Under the pieces are notes generated by a model. That model did no database searches, had not been told where the DNA came from, and was given only the letters and a program-made list of their open reading frames with translations. Position numbers and translations under genes: made by a program. A stretch of 64,000 nt of DNA from an uncultured bacterium (GTDB lineage Bacteria; Babelota; Babeliae; Babelales; Vermiphilaceae): the NCBI GenBank assembly GCA_963707655.1, contig OY970172.1, positions 416,001 through 480,000 of the forward strand, read 5' to 3'. Shown here in pieces: positions 9,001 to 20,800 of the stretch. Position 1 is the first letter of the stretch; the number at the start of each line of letters is the position of its first letter.

Positions 9001-10998
9001 TTAATTAAAGGAGACGCCACCTTTAAGCCAAATACCCCACTCAGAGATATTTGTTCTTCTGCAATTGTTGTCATTGCATGAAGATGAGCATGAAGATGTG
9101 CTAACGATGTTGTTTGCAACAGTACAGCCTGAGCTGTTTGTGCATGAAGCACCGGTAACATTGCAGTTCTTCTTGTCGCTTGCAAATTCAGCTTTACCAC
9201 CCACGCCAAAGTATGGCACGTAGCAGTCATGGTCTTCCCAAGTGTAGCTCAAGTGAGTAAATACTTTGTTAGACATGCCTTTAGCTGTTGCGCTTGCTAC
9301 ATCAATATTAGCATTGCTTAACAATACTGATTGAATTGATGTATGTGTTTGATCAGCTGGAGCAGCAGCGCCAGAAGAGTTATACAATGGGGTAACACCA
9401 GCAGTATTATTTGCAAATTGTGCATTGTCAACACCAGCGTTGATCGATGTTGTTGGGGTTATCGCAGGTGTAACTCCTACTAGAATGTTTGTACCTGAAC
9501 AGATGGTAGCAGCACTTTCTGTTGCACCTAAAGCTATTGGGCCGGTAGGCGCTGCAGCGGTGAATCCGTATACAGATGCGTCACCTTTGAGTGCATAGGT
9601 TGTGTTGCCTGAGAACAATGCAGAAGTATTGCCACATTGTTTGATCTTTTCACAGCTGGTCATCCAGAAGTTGTAACCAAGATCCCATGCAAAGCCACAG
9701 TGTGTATAGTTAAACATAGCGCTCAAGTCAACTTGAACGTTTTGGCTAACTTTTACATTTTGTGTTGCAAGGTTAGCAATCGGGGTAAACACGCCATCAA
9801 ATTGGTAGGTTGAAGCAGTAAGACCAGGAGCTGGAGTTATTGCTGTAGCACCAAAGAGACCTACAGAAGGAGTTAACAATGATTCAGCTAACATATATTT
9901 GCTGTTGTCACCAGCGCCGCACAAGTCAAATGAGCGGAATTGGCGAGTTGCAAACAAGTGTGTTACATCGATATCAAGGTAGAAACCAAAGCTTCTATCG
10001 TAATCGCAGCTTCTCCAGAAAGTATAGTGGGAAGTAAACTTACCACCTAATTCCCAGTGATGACCGTTACCAACGAATGGTTGGAAAAGGAATGTATCAT
10101 TTACACGGTTACCGGTTGGCGCAGCGGCAAGAATGCCTAAGCCAACATGGTAATCTTCATCTTGCCAGAAGTTCCAGCCCAATGCAAAGCGGATGTCTGA
10201 AAGACGGGTTGTGTGTGCACCGCTGTTGCATGAGTTTGAACAGCAACCATTGGTTGTTGTTGAGGTGCTTACATTGCCAGAACCACAGAGTTTATCATAT
10301 TTTAATGGTGCGAAAGTAACGCCACCATTTAAGGTAGGAACATTACCTTGCAAGTATGATACAAAGCTGGTGTTCAAGTCAGCAACTGGTACTGCAGCAG
10401 GGGCGAAATACCCAGCTGGGTAAGCAGCAGCAGCGGTTACTGATTGCACTTCATCCATACGCAATTTCCATTTTGCATAAACAACTGGCGCGTGGATTCT
10501 GAACCAGAGACCACAAAGCCATTCATCAAGGCCAATGAAGAAATCAAAGTCAACCAAGAAGTTTTGAATTTCTGGTCTAACAGTTACGGTTGATTGGTAG
10601 TCAGTCGGCAAACCAAAATAGTCAGCTAACAAGTCGCCAGCTACACGGCCGGTTGCTGTGCTACCAGACACTCTGAATGAAGCAGAATTGTCATTGCAGC
10701 CGCTGTTGCAGTTACCGTTGGTAGTTGTTGATGAATTGTTGGTAATTGCATTACCGAACAATGAACGCGCTATTTGGCGACCATGGAAAGATTGTGTGTA
10801 CTCAGGTGTTATAGCGAATGATCCGTAGATACCGCCCATGTCATATAAATTAACATGATTGGTCCAGCCAGATAATTCACGTGCTGTGTCAACGCTTTGC
10901 GAACGGATTCTTACGTCATTGGCAACTGTTGTGCCAGTGAATCCGATTACGCTAAAAAGAGCGCATAGGCTTAAATATCCTTTTAGCATTTGTTTCAT
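9001..10998 (-). CDS. Cys-rich secreted protein, putative outer-membrane beta-barrel (paralogue D, first in array)
   Basis: ATG 10998 with AAGGAG; signal peptide; ends WGIWLKGGVSFN. Confidence 0.75.
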   Translation of the reverse strand: MKQMLKGYLSLCALFSVIGFTGTTVANDVRIRSQSVDTARELSGWTNHVNLYDMGGIYGSFAITPEYTQSFHGRQIARSLFGNAITNNSSTTTNGNCNSGCNDNSASFRVSGSTATGRVAGDLLADYFGLPTDYQSTVTVRPEIQNFLVDFDFFIGLDEWLCGLWFRIHAPVVYAKWKLRMDEVQSVTAAAAYPAGYFAPAAVPVADLNTSFVSYLQGNVPTLNGGVTFAPLKYDKLCGSGNVSTSTTTNGCCSNSCNSGAHTTRLSDIRFALGWNFWQDEDYHVGLGILAAAPTGNRVNDTFLFQPFVGNGHHWELGGKFTSHYTFWRSCDYDRSFGFYLDIDVTHLFATRQFRSFDLCGAGDNSKYMLAESLLTPSVGLFGATAITPAPGLTASTYQFDGVFTPIANLATQNVKVSQNVQVDLSAMFNYTHCGFAWDLGYNFWMTSCEKIKQCGNTSALFSGNTTYALKGDASVYGFTAAAPTGPIALGATESAATICSGTNILVGVTPAITPTTSINAGVDNAQFANNTAGVTPLYNSSGAAAPADQTHTSIQSVLLSNANIDVASATAKGMSNKVFTHLSYTWEDHDCYVPYFGVGGKAEFASDKKNCNVTGASCTNSSGCTVANNIVSTSSCSSSCNDNNCRRTNISEWGIWLKGGVSFN

Positions 10999-11263
10999 AA
11001 TAACCACTCCTTAGAATTGTTTTGCATTACAGTGTACGATTGCCTCCACTTTTTCTACTTTGCCACAACGCTTTATCGGCGAATGGCGAAGTATTTTTTC
11101 GGAAAACTCGCGCTCAGCAACAGCTTTTTAATCTGCGCAGGTGCGAATATGTATTGTTTTGCTGATCTGTTTTCTCCTTTCGTTTACTTTAATCATTACT
11201 CTATACAGTTTCATTGTCTGATGTCTAGGGTTGAGTGATAAAATGCATTGCCACTCTATTAAT

Positions 11264-11330
11264 GAATAGGCGTATTAATGCTGGAATAGGCGAGTATTGT
11301 TTAGGAGAATTGGCGTATAAGGTTGAATAG
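11264..11330. repeat. Direct repeats GAATwGGCG x3 (11264, 11284, 11307) plus partial GAATAG (11325) in the divergent intergenic region
   Basis: Read directly from sequence; spacing 20, 23 and 18 bp. Confidence 0.5.
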
Positions 11331-11406
11331 AATAGATGTTTGGATTGATGCTTCATTGTTCAACTCCTTAAAACAATCTTGGTTTGCTACTTCACACAAT
11401 AACAAA

Positions 11407-11434
11407 ATCTTACACATTGATAGGATGAAGTCAA
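11407..11434 (-). promoter_or_regulatory. Candidate sigma70 promoter upstream of the paralogue array
   Basis: TTGACT-16 bp-TAAGAT on the minus strand. Confidence 0.4.
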
Positions 11435-11602
11435 CAAGTTGTTCTTACCGCTCAATATGCCGATGTAGCATTTACTTTTTATCGACTAATCTGCGCAGTG
11501 TAATTATTATAATATGATGATATTTTTATTGTAAAGTAAAATTACAAAGATGATTGATGTAGCCGTTGTTAACAAGATTTTTTTATTATAAAAGAGGGAT
11601 CC

Positions 11603-12415
11603 ATGCTCTTTCTGTACCTCTATATTTTTGCACAGATTTTCCTGGAGAGTTTTCCGATTAGTTCCTCGGGACATAGTGCATTGTTGCAACAATGGTATTC
11701 TTTTTTATATCCATCATTTCAAAACCCGCTTTTATCATCTCTATGCACGGGCACCACAATACATCAAGATGTTTTTGATGCGCTGCTGCATGGCCCTACT
11801 CTGCTTATTTTATTCTTTTTTTTCTTTCATCGTTGGTTTTTTCTGTTACGGCATCCGGTGCGATGTCGCTTCATTATAGCAAAATTGATTCTCTACATTT
11901 TTATATCAACAAGCATTGCACTCTTCTTTTATTTTGTTGTGCAGATTCAACACTACCGCCTGCCTTTGGGCATCGGTTTTTTTATAACCGCCTGCGCAGC
12001 ATTGTCTACGCGATGGACCAAAACAGGAACCGGCTCACTCACCCTCTCTTCTTCTTTTATTATAGGCATGGCACAGGCAGTTGCGTTATTGCCGGGCATT
12101 TCTCGACTGGGAACCACCTATGCGGTATCGCGATGGCTCGGCATATCAAGCAGGCGCTCATTTGAAATATCTTTCTTAATGCAAGCTCCTTTAATAGCCG
12201 CCGCGTGTGGAAAAAGCATACTAACCCTGAGCTCCGCCCATCTTCTTGGCAAACTATTGAATTTACCGCTCCTCTTGATTATTATGATCTCGACGGTGGC
12301 AGCATGGTATGGATTACGAGCAAGCTTTTATAGCGCGAATCATGGTTATTGGTGGTACTTTGCTCTGTATATGTTGGCCCCGTTGATCTCTTGGCTGATA
12401 ATTGTATCGCTATAA
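11603..12415 (+). CDS. uppP: Undecaprenyl-diphosphate phosphatase (BacA/UppP)
   Basis: Motifs ESFPISSSGH and PGISRLGTT; multiple hydrophobic helices. Confidence 0.9.
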   Translation: MLFLYLYIFAQIFLESFPISSSGHSALLQQWYSFLYPSFQNPLLSSLCTGTTIHQDVFDALLHGPTLLILFFFFFHRWFFLLRHPVRCRFIIAKLILYIFISTSIALFFYFVVQIQHYRLPLGIGFFITACAALSTRWTKTGTGSLTLSSSFIIGMAQAVALLPGISRLGTTYAVSRWLGISSRRSFEISFLMQAPLIAAACGKSILTLSSAHLLGKLLNLPLLLIIMISTVAAWYGLRASFYSANHGYWWYFALYMLAPLISWLIIVSL

Positions 12416-12437
12416 TGAAACTAAAAAAGGGGGAACA

Positions 12438-14764
12438 ATGCTATACAAAAAAAGAATGGCTGCATCATTCGCGCACCATTATTATCATTATTTCACATTA
12501 ATTCTGATTGTTCTTTTTCTTTTTTTATTACCGGATCTTTACTCACCTACCACGCCTACGATAGCAGCAGCTGGTTTTATTCTACTGCCGCGCAGCACCA
12601 TGCGCGCCATAATATTTTTGGTGCGGCCGGCGCTGAGTGCGCCGCTTTGTTGTGGTATCTTTTTGGCGGGGCTGCCGTTATTATCCCCGGCATGATCATT
12701 TTTTATCTCCGCTGCGCCATACAGAGAATACCGCTCTCATCTGAATATGATCGCTGTGGTGGCTGGTTGCTTTTGCTTATCGGCGCCTGCTCTTTATCAT
12801 CACTCTATCAATATGATCTTATTGCGCATATCACTCCCGGCGGATTATTGGGCCACTATACCGCATCATTGTTAGTGCGCTGCTTTGATCTGCTTGGTGC
12901 TTTTATTTTTTCATATGTGTTGATGAGTATAGCGCTGGTGCTACTCTGCCATTTTATTCTATTTTATCTCTGGCACGCGCTGTTATGGTGCGTTCATCTG
13001 ATATCTTCCAAAGAGCGTTTTTGGACGCCGCTCTATTCTGCCATTTCTTGTTACGCATCTTTGTTTGCGCGCGCGATGCATAAAGCTTCTTCATATATAT
13101 ATACTACTCTGAGCGGTAGCGTAATTAAAGATAACTATTTTCAGCTTACCGAGACTGACTTTGAAGAGATTTTTGTCGCCGATGCACATGAAGAAGATTT
13201 TTGGCTGCAGTTTATGAATACGCCGGCAAAGCCGGCCACTAGTGATCATAAAGAAACCGTGCGCCATACTGCCAATATCAGTTTTCAGCCCGCACAGACA
13301 GAGATAAAAAAAGATGCCGAACAGATAGTTGAGCAAACTCAAACGCTGCATAAAGCAATAGAACCGAACTCGCGCCCCGAGGTCTCCTATGCTTTACCCA
13401 CCATTGATATTTTTATTAATAAAAAAGATGAACAAGACGACCCTCAAATGGTAAAAGATCTTGAAAAGCGTGCCTTAATTTTACAAGAAAAATTAGAACG
13501 CTTTGGTGTATATGGATCAGTCACCGCTATTAAACGGGGCCCGGTGGTTACTTTGTTTGAATATCAACCCGCTATTGATTCAAAGATTAGCAAAATTATT
13601 GCGCTTGAAGATGATTTGGCACTTGCATTGCAAGCATTGAGTATTCGCATTATTGCCCCTATTCCGGGCAAATCGGTAGTTGGTTTTGAAGTTGCCAACA
13701 GCGTCGGCAAAAAAGTGAGCTTTGCCAAAATTATTACCTCTGCCGCGTATCAAAAATTTTCTGGTGCACTGCCATTATTGCTCGGTGAAGATACAATTGG
13801 GGCCGATGTGGTTGTTGACCTTGCTCGTATGCCTCATTTATTAATTGCCGGCTCTACCGGATCGGGCAAATCGGTAGCACTCAATGGCATGCTTACCTCT
13901 TTGCTGTGCGGCATGGCCCCTGATGAGTTGCGCCTTATACTGATCGACCCCAAACGTCTGGAATTTGCTCCTTATGCTGATATTGCGCATCTTATTTTTC
14001 CTATTATTACCGATCCTAAAAAAGCAGCTCCGGTTTTGCGCTTTGTGATTAAAGAAATGGAAGAGCGTTATGAGCGCATGGCAAAACTCAATGCCCGCAA
14101 TATTTTTGATTATCATGCCGCAGTAGGAAGCGTAAGCGCCATGCCGTTTATGGTAATAGTCATTGATGAACTTGCTGATTTGATGATGACCGCCGGAAAA
14201 GAAATTGAATTTCTTATTACCCGCATCACTCAAATGGCACGCGCCGCCGGCATTCACATGATGGTGGCTACGCAGCGCCCTTCCGTTGATGTAATTACCG
14301 GCTTGATTAAAGTTAATTTCCCCAGCCGCATCTCTTTTAGGGTGACTTCAAAAATCGATTCGCGCACTATTCTAGATAGCGGCGGCGCTGACAAATTATT
14401 GGGCCGCGGCGATATGCTCTTTTTAGATTCAACATCGGCAATGATCAGACGCGTGCATGGCGCTTTTGTTTCTGACCAGGAAATAGCAAAAGTTGTTGGC
14501 CATATTCGCGCACAACAAGCGGTATCGTATCTTGAGCTTCCTTCAGAATCAAACCAAGACGCGCATTCTTTGGAAGATGCTGATGATCAACTGTATCAGG
14601 AAGTGCTTGGTTTTTTAAAAACGGTTGATGAAATTTCAATTTCTCTCCTTCAGCGCAAATTCAGAATCGGCTTCAATCGCTCTGCCCGCATTATCGATAT
14701 GCTTGAAGCGCAGGGATTAATTTTACCCGGCCATGGAGGCAAAACAAGAAAAGTAATTCATTGA
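12438..14764 (+). CDS. ftsK: DNA translocase FtsK (apparent frameshift near the T-run at ~12520-12526)
   Basis: ATG 12438 with GGGGG RBS; N-terminal TM region continues in the second frame (SLLTYHAYD...NIFGAAGA...LFG); PHLLIAGSTGSGKS, IDELADLMM, ARAAGIH, ATQRPS; gamma domain SISLLQRKFRIGFNRSARI. Confidence 0.93.
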
Positions 14765-14888
14765 AAATTAAAATTATGATCTGATCGACCCACAGAAGAA
14801 GCAATCGCTTTTCTCTTGTAATTACAAAAAAAATATATGAGTATTAATTCAAAATAAGAATGAAAAGCACCCAAAAAAAAGGAAAAGT

Positions 14889-17800
14889 ATGAATAATGTA
14901 ATGCGTGTTGTTTTAATGAGTATTGTACTGCTTTCTGTGAGCATCGCTGCGCCGGATCAGATTGCGTCGCAAGGCACACAAGAAAATCAGATTATCCTAC
15001 CGGCCGGCACGGTGCAGGCTCTTGCACAATTATCTGAAATTATTAAATCTGACCCAACAAGAACAATGCCACGCTCACTTGAATTGTTGAATCAGAGTGC
15101 TGTTTTGCAAGATGCAGCAACGCTGAACAGCTGCTTGCAAGAGGTCCGTGTAAGTATTGATGACATGCTTGACAATCAGCACTATGATGCTGCACTTAAA
15201 ATAACACTCATACGCATAAAAAATATCATCATCGCGCATGAGCTAGCGCTGAACATACAAGAAATAGATGAAACCGACCTAGATGAAGAAAGCACTCGTG
15301 TGCGCCCATACGGCACACCGGCGCTCTTTTATGGTCCGGTAGTTATTGATGACCCGACAGGAAATCCGGCATTATTGGTTGACGGACCAACGAGCTTGAG
15401 CGAACTGGCCGCAGGTGTTATTACGGCGCAAACCATTAATGTTGATATAGCTTCATTTACCGATCTTACTGTTGATAATTTAACCGTGGTAGATTCATTG
15501 ACTTTAGAATATACAACGCCAGGAGATTTTCTTTATGTAAGTCCTAATGGACAAATTGTTTCACGAAACGTAATTCCCGGCTCCGGTATTCAATCGGTCA
15601 ACAGCGGCGTTAATATTTTTGTTAACAACACATCACCCACGGCACCAATAGTGAATGTTGCTGGCACTACGCCTCTTGCGGTACAAATTGGCAATGCCAC
15701 AAATGGTGGATTGCAATCATTATCATTTGGCACAAGTGGTCAAGTATTAACATCTAATGGCGCGGGAAGTTCTCCATCATGGCAAGCAGCCCCTGCTTCA
15801 AGTATTACCATTACCGGCGATACGGGAGGCGCATTAACCGGAGACAGCTTCACCTTTACCGGCGGCACAACCGGATTAAAATTTAATGGCGGCGGCACAA
15901 CAGAAACCTTAGGTGGTACATTAGCTGTTGCCAATGGCGGTACCGGTGCGACGAGCTTTGGCACAATCGATGGTACCGTATATTATAACGGAACCAATCT
16001 TACGACCACCGCTACGGGAGCCACCGGACAAGTTCTTACTTCCAACGGTACTGGCGCTGCGCCGACATATCAATCAATCAGCGCTATCGGCGCCGTCACT
16101 TCAGTAAACGCCGGGACAGGCATTGACATTACCGGCACGGCCACTGCGCCGATCGTAAATCTTATAACACCGGTGAGTATCGCCAATGGCGGTACCGGTG
16201 CTACGAGCCTTGCTGCCAACGGTATTATTATTTCAAACGCGGGGGGCACTGCGCTCACTTCGCAACAATTAACCAACGGACAACTCTTGATTGGCAATAG
16301 CGGAAATGCTCCATCTGCTGCTCAATTGACTGCCGGAACCGGTATAGTTATTAGCAACGGGGCAGGAAGCATATCAATTAGTGCAAATGGCGGCGGCACA
16401 GTGCCAAATACATTTGTCACCCCTAATGGGACTGCAACACCGGCCGGCGGTGTCATCAATATTAACGGCTCCCCATCGCAAGGTATTACTACCTCTGGCG
16501 CCGGTAATACGGTAACTATCAACGCAACCAATGCAAGCGCTACTGCTAAGGGTGTCGCTTCATTTAGTGCAACAAATTTTACGGTAACCGGCGGCAATGT
16601 GGCCTCAAACAATTTCTCTATTAATCCGGGCACCGGCTTGACCGGTGGCGGCTCATTGACTTTGGGCGGATCAACCACTATCTCATTATCTACGCCGGTT
16701 TCTGTTACCAATGGTGGTACCGGATTATCAACACTCACCGCACATAACGTGCTTCTTGGTGAAGGCACTGCAAATGTTGGCTTTGCGACACCAACGACTA
16801 CTACGGGCATTCCATTAGTATCCACCGGCCCGACTAGTGACCCTGCATTTGGTACTGCATCGGTACAAGGCGGCGGCACCGGATCAACAAGTTTTACCGC
16901 CAATGCACCGGTTATTGCCGGCGCTACTGCAACAAGCGCTCTTACTACTGCAACAACCGGCATAGCTAATAGTGGCTATGTATTTACCAGCACCGGTTCA
17001 TCATCCGCGCCCACATGGCAACCGATCAGTGCAGCCGGCGCAGTAACTTCGGTCAAGGCCGGCAACAATATATCAGTTACCGCCGGAACATCTCCTATCG
17101 TAAGCGTTGCCGGAACAACAACCAATGCGGTGCAAATCGGTAATGCTACAGGATCGTTAACATCACTTGCCGTTGGCACTAATGGCCAGGTATTGCTGGG
17201 CGCTTCCGGGGCTGCGCCTGCGTTCGCAAATCTTACCTCCACTAGTGGCACCCTTGCGTTCACCACCGGGGCAAATAGTCTAAGCATTGACGTTAATGCA
17301 CCACTTCCTATTGCCTATGGGGGCACCAATGCAACGTCAATGACCAATACGGATGGCGTTGTCTATTTTGATGGAACACTATTGAATACCACCACCGTGG
17401 GGACCTCAGGACAAGTATTAACATCACAAGGCGCAGGAATGCCACCAACATTTCAATCAATGCCGGCATCAAGTTCAGCCGATGTTCCCAATACATTGGT
17501 ATTGCGCGATGGCAGCGGTGATTTTGCCACCAACATGATTACTATTGACGGCACACCCTCAGCATCAACCGATGTCGCTACCGTTGCGTATGTGCTGGCA
17601 CATGAAAGTACCGGCCTGGTTGTGCATTCTCCAGCCGTGCTCGTGGGCACCGTCGATGAACCCATTGCCGGACCGGCAACTATTGATGGTTCACCGGTCG
17701 TTTCAGGAGAGCGCATATTGCTGGTTGATCAGACCACCTCAACGCAAAACGGATTATGGCTCGCCGCAGTAGGAGCAGGAAGTCCGTGGAGCAGACCAGA

Positions 17801-20800
17801 TGATTTTTCTAACGGCACTGAAGCAGGTACCGCCTATGTATTGATAACCAACGGGCAAACTTATGCCGGCTCCAGCTGGGTCTGCTCAACACCGACGGCT
17901 ATTATTGGCTCAAGTCCCATCTTCTTCAATGAATTTTCGCTCCCCAGCCAAATAAATGGCGCCAATGTTGGCTCCGGTCCCGGGCAAGTTTTTCAAGGTA
18001 AATCAGGGACTCACTCTCAATTTCAGAACTATTATCGGTGATCCTTATATAGCCGTCGACCACGAGCGCAAGTGAGTTAGCATTACCAGCGATGCAACAA
18101 GTAGCAATACCGCATCAACCATTGTTGCGCGTGATGCAAGCGGCAATTTTTCTGCCGGCACCATCAGCGCAACCAATCTGGTTGATACCGGCGTTAACCA
18201 GTACGCGGTGGTTGTTGGCGGCGGCACCAATCCGTTGACAGGCATTGCCCCTTCTACCGCAGGAAGCGTACTTGTATCAGGCGGTTCTGCCGCTAACCCT
18301 GCATTTGTTGTACCAAGTGTGAACGGCAACGGCCTGAACGTAACGCATACTGCTTCAACCTTGGCATATGGATTGGTTACGCCAGTCATTGTTGCCAATG
18401 GCGGCACCGGCTCAGAATTGTTTAATACTAACGGGATCGTTCTTTCAGGCGCAAGCAGCACAACACCATTAGTTGCACAACAGCTAACGGCGGGAGAACT
18501 GTTGATAGGTACAGCCGCAGGAACGGCACCCTCAGCAGCTCAATTAACCGCAGGGACCGGTATAGCTATTACCAATGGCGCAGGCAGTATATCGATTAGT
18601 GCAAGTGGCGCGCTTCCCGGCACATTTGTAACGCCCAATGGCAACGCAACACCTGCTAGCGGCATCATTAATATTAACGGCTCACCATCACAAGGTATTA
18701 CTACCTCCGGCGCCGGTAATACCATCACCATTAATGCAAACAATGCAAGCACCACCGCTAAAGGTGTGGCATCATTTAATGCAACCAACTTTAGCACCGC
18801 CGCTGGCGTAGTATCATCAAATCCTATTGCCATAAATACGGGTGCCGGCTTGAGCGTAAGCAGTGGCAGCGTAAATTTAGGCGGCACCACCACGATTAGC
18901 CTTACAACAGTTCCTGTTGCCAATGGTGGTACCGGATTATCAACACTCACCGCACACAACGTGCTTCTTGGTGAAGGCACTGCAAATGTAGGCTTTGCTG
19001 CGCCAGGAACTGCCGGACAAATACTCGTTTCAAATGGAGCAGCTGCTGATCCGTCATTCAAATCATTGAGCACTGCTGGCGCAGTTACTCAGATTAATGG
19101 CGACACCGGGTCAGCAATGCCAGCTTCGGGGATCATTACCTTCAATGCAAATTCAAACGCAGGATCAACGGTGGAGTTTAGCGCCTCAGGATCAACGGTT
19201 GATTTATTGGTTACCAATCCAACGACACAAAACACATTCATAGGTCTTATTGCAGGAAATACTAGTTCACCATCGGCGACCGGCAACACCGGCATAGGCT
19301 ATGCTGCCTTGAACAGCAACAAGGGCTCTTCTAACACAGCCTTAGGATTTGAGGCGCTGCTTGACAACACCAGCGGCTCCGGTAATACCGCCATAGGATA
19401 CATTGCTTTGCCAAGCAATAGCACGGGCTCTTCCAATACCGCCTATAGGATACGCTGCCTTGAACAGAAACACCACCGGCTCCTCTAATGTTGCTATCGG
19501 TAACAATGCACTCCAAAATAGTAACGGCAATAATAATGCCGCTTTTGGCTACCAGGCTTTGACTGCGAATACTACCGGATCAAACAATACCGCTGTTGGT
19601 ACCAGTGCTCTGGCAGCAAATACTACCGGCACTCCCAACACCGCTGTTGGTTATCAGGCATTGCTGGTCAACAACACCGGTATAAATAACGTTGCTGTCG
19701 GCTACAATGCCCTTGTTGCAAACACAACCGGTTCTACCAATGTCGCAGTCGGCAACAATGCTTTGGGCACCAATGTCACCACTTCAAATAGTGTTGCTAT
19801 TGGTAATAGCGCCCTGGCTGCTAACACCGCAGCAAACAATACCGCTGTTGGTACCAGTGCTCTGGCAGCAAATACTACCGGCACTCCCAACACCGCTGTT
19901 GGTTATCAAGCATTAAAGCTGAACACCACTGGTGCGAATAATGTTGCGGTTGGCTATGAAGCATTAGCAGTCAATACAACTGGTTCTGCCAACGTCGCGA
20001 TGGGCAACAATGCCTTGGGTGCCAATGTCACCGCTTCAAATAGTGTTGCTATCGGTAACAGTGCTCTAGCTGCTAACACCGCGGCAAACAATACTGCTGT
20101 TGGGTATGACGCCCTGGCTGCCAATAAAACCGGATCTCCCAACACCGCTATTGGTTATAATGCCCTTACTGCTAATACCACCGGCATTAATAACGTTGCT
20201 TTGGGTTATGCCACCCTTGATGCAAATACAACAGGTTCTGCCAACGTGGCGGTAGGTAATAATGCCTTGGGTACCAATGTCACTGCGTCAAATAGTGTTG
20301 CTATTGGTAACAGTGCCCTGGCCGCTAACACCGCATCAGACAATACCGCTGTCGGTACCAGTTCCTTGGCCGCCAATACTACCGGCTCTGGTAATACTGC
20401 CGTTGGAGCTCAAGCATTAAGCCTGAATCAAGGCGGAGCAAGTAATGTCGCCATGGGTTATGAAGCATCACAAAGCAATGTAACCGGATCGAATAACGTC
20501 GCCATAGGATACCAGGCAGCACAACTCGGTACCGGTGGAGGAAACAACGTCGCTATAGGCTTTTTAGCTTTAAATAGTGGTGGCGCTTCATTCGCCAATA
20601 CAGCCATAGGATTTGAGGCATTAGCCGCTAACACCACTGGCACATTTAATGTTGCGATTGGATTTGATGCATTAGAGGCTAATTCAAGAGGTTCTAATAA
20701 TACTGCTGTTGGCTATTCTGCTTTAACGAGTAATGGGGTGTCTAATAATACCGCTGTCGGATATAATGCTCTTGCTAGCAACAGCACCGGCAGCCCCAAC

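Noticed and set aside
1137..10423. Recurring plus-strand ORFs within the paralogue array
   Set aside because: Antisense shadows of the conserved minus-strand genes.
12402..12695. Separate small membrane protein upstream of ftsK
   Set aside because: Better explained as the frameshifted N-terminus of FtsK.
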